A DNA stretch of 64,000 bases from Takakia lepidozioides (taxonomy: Eukaryota; Plantae; Bryophyta), in contig CM060732.1 in the NCBI GenBank assembly GCA_030704615.1, forward strand, positions 33,480,001 through 33,544,000, read 5' to 3'. A model generated the notes under the pieces. That model saw only the letters and a program-made list of their open reading frames with translations, made no database searches and was not told the origin of the DNA. Below are positions 1 to 12,700 of the stretch, piece after piece. Position 1 is the first letter of the stretch; each line of letters opens with the position of its first letter. The position numbers were made by a program, and so were the translations under genes.

Positions 1-180
1 GGTAGTTGGGTGCTACGGGTAGAGAAGTGGTGGGTAAGATGAGGGGCAGTGCAGCTTGTAGAAATTGAGTGTTTAGGGGAGAGATATTGGGCATATACCG
101 GTAGGGGGGTTTGATATAGAGACCGTTTTTTTAGACGTAGGTGGGGGTAGAGGGGATGGCAGCTGTGGGTGAAGATACGT

Positions 181-1260
181 AGATTGGGTTAGTTGGGATG
201 GCAACCGCATATGAATAACTGTGGATTGGGGTAGCTAGAATAGTAGCCATGGGTGGGTATTGGCGGCTGTGAGCGTGTGGTGTAGGTATTAGTGCAGGGA
301 TGGAGGATATGGCCACGGGCCTGCCTGGGTAGGAGCGTGTCTATGGGGATGACATGTGGAGTGGGGAATAATAAAGGGGTTATTGTTGCCATGTAGAGCA
401 GGGGGGTGCGGTGTGTCCGGGATAATGCTGGTGATTTGAGGGCTTGCGAGCGTGTACTGGTCATATATGAGGGGTGTGGGGAAAAGTGTGGGCGAGGGGG
501 GGTATATATGTGTGTGTTGATCAGTCTATTAGTAGGGTGGGTGGATAGGTGACTGGCCGTCTAGGTGAGTGTTCGGCTAACTGGATGAGCGTCTCCGCAC
601 AATCGCGGGCGGCAGGTTTATCAGAGATATACGGCTGTGAATTGATAGTATGAGAGGGATCATTGGATGTGCGTGGGTGTGGGGGCGGGCGCGGATGAAT
701 ATATGTAGATTGGGGTAGTTGTGGTGGCCACCATAGATAAATAACTGCGGATTGGGGTAGCTGGGATAGCATCCGCCGATGGGTATCGCGGGTGTGGGTA
801 TTAGTGCAGGGATGAAGCGGGGGTTGGATATGGCCAGGGGGTGGCCACGGGGCTGCCTATGGATGAGCGTGGCTATGGGGATGAAATGTGGACTAGTGGG
901 TAATAATACAGGGGCTATTGTACCCATGTAGAGCAGGTGGATAAGGTAAGAAGCCCAGGATAATGAGGGGGATTCAGAGGCTTGCGGGCCTATACTAGTT
1001 ATATGTGAGGGGTATGTGGAGAAATGTGGGCTGGGAGGGGCATGTATGTGTATGGTAATATAAGTGGATAGGTGACTGGCCGGCTGGATGAATGTCCGAC
1101 TGGCAGGATGAAAGTCAACACGCAGCTCACGGGCAGCGGTTTCCCATGAGGGACATGTTGTGGTATTATTAGAGATAGTCAGCTGTGATCTGGTAGTATC
1201 CGATGTGGGGCGTGGGTTTGCATGATGAGAGGGACCGTTGGATGTGCATGGGTGTGGGGA
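181..1260. repeat. Diverged tandem duplication (about 0.5-kb unit) in G/T-skewed sequence
   Basis: agattgggttagttgggatggc...gaataactgtggattggggtagct (from 181) recurs as agattggggtagttgtggtggcc...aaataactgcggattggggtagct (from about 708). Downstream blocks are also shared, e.g. gtggataggtgactggcc at about 541 and 1063. Confidence 0.7.
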
Positions 1261-1732
1261 TGGGTATTGTGGGTTTTTGATTATTTTGGTGGAGGGTTTT
1301 TTAAGGTGGTAGGTGGGCCAAGTGTCAGATATTTGGAATAGGGGTAGCGGGTTGGTAAGTGGCGATTGGTACAGGTGTGGGAATGGTGTAAATGGCTAGC
1401 ATCCCAGCGGTGAGCCGTATGAGCAGTTGGTTTGAGGGACGGCTGCTGGAGCTAACAGATTGTAAAAGAGATGAGCAGCGCCTGGATAGTGCAGGCGCAT
1501 GGGGTGTGGGCTTAGCTGTTGGTGGGAGAAAAGCAAACACTGAGAGAGGCGCTTGGGAGCGTAGGATGCATCGTGATATTGCAATAACACAGGGGTGGTT
1601 ACAGTCAAGCCGCAGCTTGCAAAGAGAAAGAGAAGTAGGTAGATAGCCAGAGAGGAGGGCAGTTGGGTGTGAGGGAAGACTCTAGAGAACTCCCAACGGT
1701 CACTTGTGTAGCCCGGGGGCCACATTAGTGTT

Positions 1733-3944
1733 TTACGCATTGGTCGTGTTGTCAATTGCGGTGATGGTGGCCAGGGCCTGGTCATTGGCAGCATGAAGGA
1801 TGGCAGGCAGCTGCTGTTTGGTGTGTTTGGAAGCAGGCATGGCTGCAAGAAATCTCGTGGTGTCGAATTTAGGAGGCCCGTCGTGTTGGAGCTCGATGAG
1901 GGCTGCAGGCCAGTATCCCCCTGTTTGTGGGGTTGGTATGTTGTTGGAGTCAACTTGTCCGGCAGGGTGATTGGTCATGCTTGGGGAAAGCGGGAGCTTC
2001 TCAAGGACCAAGTTAGCATGAGCGTAGAAGTGGGCCAGGTTGGCCCCTAGATTTTTGGTAATTGATTCTTGCAGCGAAACCGAGTACGCATGGTGTTCCG
2101 CCTGTTGGGCGGCCAAGGTAGAAGCAACCCGCTTTCCATGGCTGCTAGATCACCCTGTATATCCGTCTTGATTGAAATGGCATGGTGCGCCAGTTTCCTG
2201 TCGATTTCGCTCATCATAGAGGCAAGCCCTGCAGCCGATCCAGAGTCGGTCTGGATGTTGAGGGAGTTAACTGTGTCAGCCAAAGCTTGATTTATGTTGG
2301 CCACACGGAGACGCTTCAGAATGTCGTTAGCTGGGGGGGTAGAACCATTCAGGCTATGAGTGTGTGGTTCGAAGTTGACGTATTTGTCGATGACGAGGAT
2401 ATGCAGTTTGTGGCACCACTGAGCATAGATACTGGGGTTCTTACAGGTGAGGAGTGCCATGCCTGAGTGTTTGAACTTCTCTGTCGGGGCTACTCCGCTG
2501 AAGTAGATTTGTGCAAGGTTGTCTTTGACAAAGACACCTCTAAGAGCATCCTCTGTCGCAGCTTGAGTGTGCAGCTGGTTAAGGTTCTTGACTATCAATG
2601 TGAGCGCATCACGTTCCGCTACAACTTCCTGCGGTGTTGCGGTGAGGCCAGTCACATTGGTACGGCGGGAGCGGAGCTGCGGTTTTAAGAGAGCGTGTTC
2701 GATTCTGACTCCTTGTGACAACATCCTTTTCTTAGAGTCCACGGAAGCCAGGTAGATAAAACAAAACTTAGTATCAGGTCTTGATTTTTGGACGTACATA
2801 ATCTCAAACTCGTCTCCATGCAGGAATGTTTCCATGATGAAGTGCATTGCGAGTTTATGGTCGACGGTGCCCTGTAAGATTTCATTGGATAGATACAACG
2901 AAAGGTATTCGGTGGAGGCGTTAAGCTCCAATGCCTTCTCTACTTTTGCATTGGTATCCCGGAAGCCATTTCCATAACAAAGGCTCGGTTGCCTTTCAGG
3001 AGAGCAATACCGTCAATGGCAGGGTTCAGTAATTCCACTTTTAGCAGGCCTAACCACTATTTTCTCCCGTGCTTGGTGAAGGCAATGGTTGGTGAGTAGA
3101 GGACCTTACCCAAGGGATGTCCATGTCGTCGAACCTCGTTTTTGCACGGTACAGAGCCTGCTCCTTGGGCATATCGGTGTCGCTATCAAATCGAATCATG
3201 ATGTGGTGAGGTGTGGCGGATAATCCAGAATCTGGGTGGGGAACATGGGGGAATGTTTTGTAGCAGTACCTTAAGTCGTGAATTTCTGAGTCTTGAAGGC
3301 CAAGCTTACGGAGTTCTGTCGTTGGGCGCGTCTCCTTAACGTAGGGCAGCCTATTGTCAAGTGCGTGCTTCTCGAGCGCAAGGTATCCCATCCAAAGCTG
3401 TGGAGAAGTCAGGGCACTAGAGATTGCCCGTTGAGGGGATGAGTCATGCAAGTCGTTGCCCCTTGACTTTTTGGAATCGGAGTGCGAGCTCCCTGCCGTA
3501 CTGTTGAATGCACTAGAGGGGCGTTTGAGGCCCAGGCTAGCTGCCTTCAGCCCCGTTGGTGATGTGAGCTGTGCTGGCTTGAGAGTCCGCTAGGGATTGG
3601 TGGGCCGTGTAGGCCCAGGTAGCTTCGAGCCTTGGTGAGATGGTGCATGACCGTTGGGAGTGGCTTCCTTATGTTGTGTAGAGTGAGTTTGGTACGCTTG
3701 GTCATTCGCAAAGAACTCCTCGTCAGATAGATGCATGTCACTGATGTCGGCGTCTTCCTCAGTGAGAGTCGTTGAGATCGCACCAACCTGGTGGTGATCC
3801 ATTTTGACATAGAGTTTTTTGAACTAAGAGGGAGATGGTGGCATGCCTCTTGCTAAGCGATGATTTGTCTATGGATCGACTATGTTTGCGGATGCAACCT
3901 GCTCTTTTTTGTATGCTACCAGACTTAGAACTTGACAAAGACAT
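1733..3944 (-). pseudogene. Degenerate, frameshifted ORF1/gag-like coding region of a probable non-LTR retroelement
   Basis: A chain of overlapping minus-strand ORFs (3759-3944, 3590-3802, 3050-3451, 2047-2931, 1733-2116) reads as one broken protein. It has an acidic N-terminus, RRM-like segments (e.g. KFCFIYLAS, HSGMALLTC) and a coiled-coil-like end, followed by a P/T/H-rich tract. No RT or endonuclease is seen in the window. Confidence 0.3.
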
Positions 3945-4409
3945 GCGTGACCACGCCCACAGAGGGTGGGGAGGGGAAAGAATAGCTATATAGCGGGTGA
4001 TGGCAGCGGCGCATGCAGAAGAGATGTATTTGGGACTCTCTGTGTTTCATTTTATAGGACGAGTGTTGATGTGGGTGTCATGTAGACAGGCGATTAGCAT
4101 TAGTGGATAGTTAGTGGTGTTGGGAGGTGGCTTTTGCTGTAGGGCCAGCTTGAGCGGTGGAGGAGAGTAAGTATGGCCGCTGGCAGTTTACTGCCTGGCG
4201 GCAGTTGTAATGGATTGGCTTGGTGGAAGCGATTATGAGGCTTGCGCCATGTGGGAGATGGGCACCGTTAGCAGAGCTTGGCAGGGGGAGCGATAATTGT
4301 ACGAGGAGGTGGATTGGCTAGTTAATGGATAGTGCTAGTAAATCTGGTTTGAGAAAGTGATGGCACCTGATGGAATGGTGGGGACTGCGCATGCTGGTTT
4401 TGGGTTTAG

Positions 4410-4790
4410 ATGTGATGTTCGGCGTTTCCACCCTGGGGACTATGTGTATTTGCAGCAGACAACGCCTACGACCTTGGATGTCACAACAGGATGTGTGATT
4501 CTAAGGGTCAGGGAGGTGTTACCTTCAGGAGTGTTGATTCTGGAGGGTCGAGATGACATGCTATGGAAGGACCATGTGCACAATTGTGCACCATGTCACA
4601 TTCCACATGTGGATGGGAAGATAAATCCCAACCTTGCAGTGATACCTGCAAGTTTGCATTGCATGCTATTTGGGTATGCTAGTGGTGCCGTGTGTGATCC
4701 ATGCTCAAGAGGTTGACACATGGGATGCTTGACACCACCTCTTGAGAGGGCCCCTGATGGAGATTGATTATGTCCACACTGCTTGGGATA
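4410..4790 (+). pseudogene. Ty3/gypsy integrase C-terminal fragment ending in a PHD finger
   Basis: RRFHPGDYVYL...LRVREVLPSGVLILEGRD is an IN C-terminal SH3-like segment. It is followed by C..F...CDPCSRG*HMGCLTPPLERAPDGD*LCPHC, the PHD pattern with both Trp codons mutated to TGA. Confidence 0.7.
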
Positions 4791-5029
4791 GTGACAGTGG
4801 ATATGACTAGTGGCAGTTAATAAGACATGCGGGGCCGAGCTCATAGGAGTCAATACACGAGATCCCAGGCTCAAGTTCACAGGTTGCAAGACGGCGACTA
4901 ACGATGGGGCAACTCTTGCACCCGGCCTCTTGATCTATCGAGTTTGAGTGTAGTAGGGACAGTGGTGGAGGACTTAGTGAGGCTATGGCCACTATCACAT
5001 CTTGGACTTAGAGGGATCTAAGCGCCAGC

Positions 5030-5330
5030 TAGGGGGGCGATTGTGATGGACTAGTGGCAGCCTGGTGGTGGACTAGTGGTTGCACTAGTGACAGGACTAG
5101 TGGTGGCTAGTGGCAGCCTAGTGGTGGACTAGTGGTTGCACTAGTGGCAGCCTAGTGGTGTACTAGTGGCGAACTAGTGATAGACTAGTGTTTGGTGTGC
5201 ACATGTGTTGTGTTTTTGGACAGCGATATAGTTGTGTAGCGATATATATATGCACGACAAGGTCCATAGAGTTGTCTTTTGTTTTGTGAAGTTTTGTTGG
5301 CTCCTCCCTCAAGAGTAGACCACGCATCAA
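5030..5330 (+). mobile_element. Polypurine tract and start of a 3' LTR with ACTAGTGG micro-repeats
   Basis: AGGGGGGCGAT is immediately followed by TGTGATGG at 5042, downstream of the integrase/PHD fragment. ACTAGTG(G) is repeated many times at 5050-5190. The right end is not defined. Confidence 0.55.
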
Positions 5331-5636
5331 TTTTGAAAAAGTGGGATGATCCTGATATATGTACACCAGAACTTACCTACAACGAGGATATAGCACCCTC
5401 GGATAAGCCATATGTTGTAGATATACCTGCCCTAATGAAAATTAATATGAAGGAGCTCCATAAACGTGTACTTAATGAGGTGTGTACCACATTAATTGCA
5501 GTCAAGAGCAAAATGTGAGGAGTTCGAATCCCTCTAAAAGAACTTTTTGAACATGTAAACAACTAGGATGAAAAGAGGAAATGCACATTAATAGCACATT
5601 AATAGCAGTCAAGATCATTCAATTTGATGCAGGAGA

Positions 5637-5637
<1 letters not shown>

Positions 5638-5674
<37 letters not shown>
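5638..5674. repeat. (TA)n microsatellite
   Basis: Perfect TA run. Confidence 0.98.
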
Positions 5675-5678
<4 letters not shown>

Positions 5679-6857
5679 ATGTTTCCTCATTCTAATGAAA
5701 TGTAAAATGGACCTTCATGGCTAAATGTAAGGTTATTTTTTTCTTACCCATCCTTCTATTAATAAAGTCTTCAGGGCTATAATCCCAATGTTCTTCTTTT
5801 TAAAAATAAAAAAAATAAAAAAATTGACGACTAAAAAACGAAACGTGATAAGTGTACTGTCATGGATGAAAGTCGGAACCCTAAGTTGGAAACGAAAGTT
5901 ACTGGTCAGCGTAGAAGGGTGATGACAAGGGCTCCCCCTCCTCCTCTTTGTCTTGCAAGTGTTTTGCTTCTACATCGTGTCTTCAGATCGGTGGTCACTG
6001 TCTTTTGAGAGTTGGTGTGGGCCGCAACTATGACAGGTATTTGTTGGTGCGAATGATCGGAGGGTGAATGGCGATTACCATGCGCTCCTCGCATTCTTAG
6101 CATATGGTGGAGGAAAGGGTAATGGCGTGGGGAGCCTATCTGGGAGTAGTAGCACTAATTACAAAGTTTCAAGTGTCAAAATCCTAGAGAAATGGACCAG
6201 CCAGATTGAGAAGTTACTGCCAGGTACCTCTGCTGGAAAAGTTTGCTGCCTACTTCCAACTTTCTTTCCTGCTTCACAAAGGTCATGCATTCAAATCTGC
6301 CTTTGCAAAACTAGCAGTAGCCAAAGTAGGTCCCCATTCTTTTTCCCACATAGCCTAGTGTTGTTCAGTCTGACGCCATGCAATCTGCGCTTGTCAATGA
6401 GGAAAGGTCCCCTTTGGTTGGAGCCAGAGAGAGAGTGAGACATAAATTCACCATGAAGAGAGTCTTGAATAACCATTTGGATAGAACTACACATAGGGGT
6501 CTCGAGCAGGTATTTAAGGTAGAATTCACAATATATGGGCATCCTCATAGACTGTAAAGTGTTATAATCTTACCTTACAGGAATCATTGTCTTGTCGCTT
6601 GGTTAGGGTTTGATTGGGAGAGTATGTAAGTGCAGACAGTTTTCTCATGTCTGCAAAATAATTCCATATCCAGCTCTGTGATTTCAGACAAGAACTATGT
6701 GGTGTGTTGGTAATGGAAGTTGTCATTTGGGGGAACAGCCTGAAGATTTACAATTCGCTTGTGGAGAGATATTTGTGTCACAAACAACACTTGGGTACAA
6801 GTTAAAAAGAGTAGATCACTTCGCCTAAAACCACCTGAAGTGTCCATGTAGGACTCT

Positions 6858-7075
6858 ATTTCAGTATCTATTTCAGTATTTCAATATTTCAATATTTCAA
6901 TCAAGATTTTCAGCAAGCATTTCAGTATTTCAGCGAGTTCTTCAACGAGTATTTTAGTATTTGAGCGAGTTCTTCAGTAAGTATTTCAGCCAGTTGTTCA
7001 GCAAGTATATTAATATTTCAGTCAGTTCTTCAACAAGTATTTTCATATTTCAGTGACAAGCATTTCAATATTTTT
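6858..7075. repeat. Low-complexity degenerate repeat (TATTTCAG / TTCTTCAGCAAG)
   Basis: Recurring tatttcag, tatttcaa and gttcttcag-caagt units. Confidence 0.7.
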
Positions 7076-7237
7076 AATAACTAGTAAATTCGAAGATCAG
7101 TTTTGTGATATCATACATCAATATTTAATTCGCACATCAATAAAGTCCTGCCAGACCCACCTAATGCTTATTTTCCCAGAATTAGTGATTTTTCAGCTTG
7201 GGAAATTAATTTAAATTCGGTTTTCTGCTTAGAAAAT

Positions 7238-7627
7238 GCCTCTCATTTTACAATAATTGGGACGTTATGGCCCACGCGCGAGCTTACCGGTGGGCCCCGC
7301 ACGGACGCCCCCCCACCCGGACCCCCCAGCCCGCCGCTGCGCGCGGTCGTCCACCTGCTGCCGCGGCCCGCACCGCGCTCCGCCGCGCCTCCAAGTCCGG
7401 CGCAGCCAGTCCGCCCGCCAGTCCGCTGCCCGTGAGTCCGGTTCCCCTCAGTCCGCCAAACCGACAGTCTGCCGGCCAGTCTGCTGTGCACGCCAGTCCG
7501 CTATGCCAGTCCCCGCAAGTCCACCCAACAGTCCGCTGTGCCTGTCTGCTGCCCCTCAGTCTGCCAGTCCACGCCGGCCAAAGGATTTGGATCGTCCATT
7601 TTGAGAAACCCATCCGCACCATCCATG
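7238..7627 (+). repeat. MULE-A left TIR (about 390 bp, GC-rich)
   Basis: Reverse-complement match, with scattered substitutions and small indels, to 41961-42345. Confidence 0.92.
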
Positions 7628-9706
7628 TTTAGGGCATGGAAGATCGTAACACCCTGCCACGAACACGCCCACTCGTTATTGTTGTCTCGTTCTTGCGGCT
7701 CTTTGTGGTCCAATGTTGCGGAGGTGATTTTGCACGTATGCGGTTGTTGTTCTTGTTTATGGCGATTTTAATGACGATGAAGGGTGTGCCTGAACATGAG
7801 AGGGCTGGCGGGGCTCTACAGCCACCATCGTGCATATGCTTCCACTATTTTCGCCTTCGTTTTGTGCTGACGTGCTTATTTTTTAGGACGATATGTGGAA
7901 AAATTGCATGCGTTTACAGTTTGTGGTGTGTCTCCGAGTCCGAGCTCCTTCGTATGGAGCAGGAAACCATTGGTAACACGATAGCGGAAATCGCGGAAGC
8001 ATATGCACGTGGGGGCATGTATACATTGCAGAATTTATGTTCACCGATGAGACTGTTCAGGGGAGGACGTCTCTGCCACCACATGTCTGGGAACTGCGGA
8101 GAGTGTGAACGGAACAGGATCCAGTCCAAAGGTCCTCAAACATCCAGATGCACCTCCTGAAACATCACATCTCAACCACAACCGTCTCCTTGAAAACTGG
8201 ACAATGGGAAAGGAGACGTAGCTTGAGAGATGTAGATTCACGTTGCTTGTGGATGTTCGAGGTCCTTACGACTGCAAATGCGCGTGGATCAACAGGCTCT
8301 TCGACTGCGTCTTTGTCAGTATTTTCTCTAAGCAGTGTGTTGTGCCATGAGTATGGACATATGCAAGTCTGTTGGACGGATGAAATGCAACCACGGCATG
8401 ACGGCGACGCCAAGCGTGGTTCTGATGGGATATCAGTCTGGTTTGCTGGACTGTTGGTCTGTAAGGATACAAGTCTGGTGTGGCGTGAGTCTGTTCTTCA
8501 CTGGACTACTGGGCCGTCACTGCCTGCCGAATTCCGAAGTGTCTTCTCTCGTCTTATCCCCGAAGTCTCTTATCTCGTCGGTCTGTTGAACCGTTGGTCA
8601 GCTGGAAGTCCGTCTCTTCGGATATGAGTCCGTTTAACTACTACCTTTTAATTATCTGCATTGTCGTGAGTCTGCTAAGCCGTCGAACTGCTGGTCTGTC
8701 CGTCTCTTCTGATATCAATCAGCTGGACTGTCACAAAGTCAGTCTACTGTGGCGCAAGTCTGTTTGCACTAGGTCTGTTGAGCCGTGATTATTATCACGT
8801 GTAAGTCTGCTAGACGCGGTTTACGATTTACTCCCGTATCACCCGGCCGCCTAGGGGATACTTTGTCTTTTGGGATATTAGTTTGTTAGAAATCAGTCTG
8901 TTGTCGCGCAAATTACTCTGCGCCAGTCTCTTCGTCAGTCTGTTGAACCTTCCGTCTGCTGGACTGTCCGTGTAGTGGCATACGAGTCTGTTGTTGCGCA
9001 AGTTTGTTTGCAGTGGGTCTGTTCGGCCGTTATGTCATTAGGTTTAAGTATGTTGGACGCAATAAATGCAGCGACGGCGGTAAAGAGGCCCAGTCACGTC
9101 GCGGCACGTCATCAGACTCGCACTCGCCTTAGTCTCTTCGTCAGTCCGCTTAACCTCAGTCGTCAGTCTGTCCTTGCGGTGGCATATGAGTCTGTTGTGG
9201 AGGGTACTGGGTCTGCTCGGCCGTCTTTGTCATCAGGAGTAAGTCTGCTGGACTTGATGAATGCGACGACGACAGACTAACGATAGTCCCACTCATCCCG
9301 TCTGCTGGACTGTCTGTGCAGTGGCATACCGCTAGCACGTGTGAGGGGTCTGCAACTATTTAATGCGATAGTGGCCAAAAAAGGGCGCCAGTGAAATCTC
9401 GCCACGTCACTCCGCACATGCAGGGTCCACTTCCCACTGGACTTCTTTCGCACTGTTTTGTTTAGGGCCCGTCCACCTCCCATTGGTGCGAGCCCGCTTT
9501 CATTTGTGCGTGTTAGGTTTTCGAGGCACAGACAGTCGCGTGAGCACCGAATCGTCGCAACAACCATCGCCTGTTGCCTGGTGAGCTTTCCTCTTTGTGC
9601 TTTGTGCTTTGGTTTCTTTCCATTCTCTTTTCCGCTCTTCTCTGCTTTCTTATTCTTAGTCTGTCTATCACTCATTGCCGCTGCATCTCTTGTCTGATTC
9701 TGCAGC

Positions 9707-12700
9707 CATGGAGGATGCTCGTGCAAAGGGTGGAGCAGACTAGTTGCATTTCATGCACAAGTCCAGGCTAAAGGAGCGAAGGTACTGGTACTCACCTGAG
9801 GAGTATGATGCAAAAATAGTCGAAGCGTTCTTAGACCTCCGTGCAATCAAGCCTGCAGACTCCAACTGGCAGAAGGATAAGCTCCACTATCCCTTCTGTA
9901 GTGAAATTATCAAGGACAAAGTGCAGCTAAACCGCCATTGTGTTGACACGGGTTGCAAAAACAAGCGCTATATCCCACCTGGCTTCAAGCCGTGGCCAGT
10001 TCAAAGTTCAATGAGGGTGGTGAATGCGGCCACCGCCAGACTTCGTGGCGCAAACCCAAAGGCCCGCACTTTGGCGGAGGTGCGCGCACGGTATGGGGTG
10101 GTTCGGATGTTTCAATGCAAGATGTGCATGACCTGACATCGCCATCGCTTGTGGCTCCCAGAAAAAAGAAACTTAGTGATGGGGCCCAGAAGAAGGAAAG
10201 AGAAAAGGCTGCAAGGTCTGCTCGGGAGGCGAGGGCGAAATCTCAACAGCAGACTCGTCCCCAAGGCAGTCGGGAAGTGTCACGGGCTGTGCCAGGGAGA
10301 CGGTCTACGCAGCAGACGCAGACCATCAGTACTTTGAGTGAGAGTCAGTCTGCTCAGCCGTCTGCAGACATCATTCGGAATGATGAATTCGCAGGTTTGG
10401 GAGGTGTCTCATCTCCCGTCGACATTGTCTTGCCTGACTAGTCGAGGGTTCATGTGGACGAAGTCCAGTCGAAAAAGACTACCAGTGGAGTTTGTCCTGG
10501 CACATTGCGCCTCATACCATTTGGGCTTCTCCCATCGGTATGCCCACCAGTGGACGATCCAGACTTCTTCCATTTTTTCTACAGTTTCCCCCAGTCCGGA
10601 CAGCTCAGCAGAACCATCCAAGCAGCGGAGGAAAATTGGTTGAGCTCCCTTGAAGATGAGGAGGACGTCTGTGTCGACAACGACGACAAGGTAATGCCCA
10701 GTCTGTCCCCACAGTTGGTGTCTGTTGTCATAGACTCTGCTGGTTCAGTCTACCTGCTCGGTCTGCTGCGTCAGTCTGCTTGTGGACTTGCTGGTCAGTC
10801 CCATGCTTGTGGACTCGTCAGTCCCTGGAGTCTGTTGGTTCCTTTGTTCGGTGCCACGATGCTGGTGAGTCTGCTCATGCGTCTGCTCGTGAGTCTACTG
10901 CTAGTGAGTCCGATGCTGAGTTTTTGGGTTTTCTGTCATATACCAGGATGAACGAGCCAGTATTCGGAGGCCTTGTGTGCTTGGCGGACGGTGAGCTCCG
11001 ACCCTCCTTTAGCAGTGAATGCGGTGCGCCAGGAAGTGGAGCGGGTGCGGGAGTACATCTTGTTTAAGTACCCTGGCTCAGCAGACGCCATAGCAGCACT
11101 GGACTCTGTAGACAAAGCACGCGCTGCAGACTTGGTGGACACAGACCTCACCCAATCTGGCATCCAACAGACTCTTGCCCAGCAGACTCTTTCCCACCAG
11201 ACTCACAGTCAGCGCAGTCTTGTCCAGCACACTCCCATGTACCAGACTCTCGTCCAACATACTCCCATCCAGCAGACTGCTTTGCAGACTCCCAGCCCGC
11301 AGACTGCTATTCAGGTGACTCCCAACCAGCAGACTGCCACCCAGAAGACGCCCATCCACCACACTGCTGTCCAGCGGACTCCCAGCCAGCAGATTCTCAT
11401 TGTCACGACCACCACGGGACTTTTTGGAGTTTGGCGCTCGCCATTACCGCTCATTGATCCCGAAGCTGTGGACCTGACACTTGCCCGTCTGAGGGTGGGG
11501 GAAGTCATTGCCAATGTGGATTGGTATAATGAGCTCCATCGCTTTGTCACGGACAGCCGGTGGCCTTTTGTTCCCTTTCATTATTCCATGGAATTTACTA
11601 TGGCAGAAGCGAATGAAGTCCTCGAAAGCGCACATTCTGTGGCCCTGGCAGCCACGAAGGTCCAAAATGCCCCGCCACTACTTGTCCAATTAATCCTCAT
11701 GGATGACCCACTGCCTCAGGAACTCAGACATATGCCCATGGCACATCCCACCTTTGGGGTGCGGGGAAAGCACTTGCTTGGAATTACTGAAGAGTACTTT
11801 GATCGCATTGCTAATTCTTTCCTTCACCATCGATGGATGCAGTTCGGCAATTTCTATTCATACAATAAATTGGTAAAGGACCTGCAAAGTTTGAGGAAGT
11901 ATTTGTTGCATTCAGATTCGGATGTGGGTAAGAAGAGTGTTGTGGATGAGGCATTGCAATGGTTTGCTGCGGTAATGGAGCGAGCAGTGTTCGATATTGT
12001 GTTGAACAGACCGGATGTGTTCAAAGTCCTTTGGTGCGGCTCCCCATTTGAAAACTGCATGCTAGCGATTCGCCATCTCAATGGAGCATGCTTGGGATGC
12101 CAAATCCAAGATATTGGTCTCATTGGCAACCTCCTAGAAGGTAATGACGACTTCTTTTGGACCGTTCTGAAGTTCATGGTCTTTTCTTCCACCATCCTGT
12201 CAGACTCACTTTGTCCAACTCATCTGTTTCAGGAATGTCCGATTTAGACGAGCACGTGCAGTGTGCTTTCGATTCCCTTGCCAGAGGTGCACGAGATGTT
12301 GTGTTGGCGTTACAGGGACTCCATGACACCGTTCAGCAGACTGCTGACAACGCCATTGCTTAGCAGACTGACCCACTGCAACAAAAAGAGCATGGACAAA
12401 CTGTCAACACTATCCCAGCCACTGTTCAGGAGAGTGGGCGCACTACAGGCCACACCGAGGACGATGAGACTCATGAGCAGACCGGCGAGCAGACTGAAGG
12501 ATTGCCTCTGCACCAGACCGTGCAGCATACCGATGACGTCGCTGTCGAGCAGACCGTCCAGCATACCAATGAGCAGACCGGGCTACAGACGGATGACCTG
12601 GCTGTGCACCAGCAGACTGTGCAACATACCATTGAGCAGATCGTCCAGCAGACTGAAAGCAGTCACCACAATGACAGTGCCCTGCAGACTGTCCAGCAGA

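Noticed and set aside
6036-6438. Possible host-gene exon (VFVGANDRR...KILEKWTSQIEKLLP)
   Set aside because: Splice-like boundaries exist, but I recognise no family and see no further exons, so I cannot support a call.
7243-7632. Overlapping ORFs in the MULE-A TIRs (also 41844-42326)
   Set aside because: GC-rich TIR sequence is open in many frames on both strands and has no protein motifs.
7950-8600. Additional Cys/His-rich coding remnant inside MULE-A
   Set aside because: Only short broken frames, with no complete SWIM or other motif.
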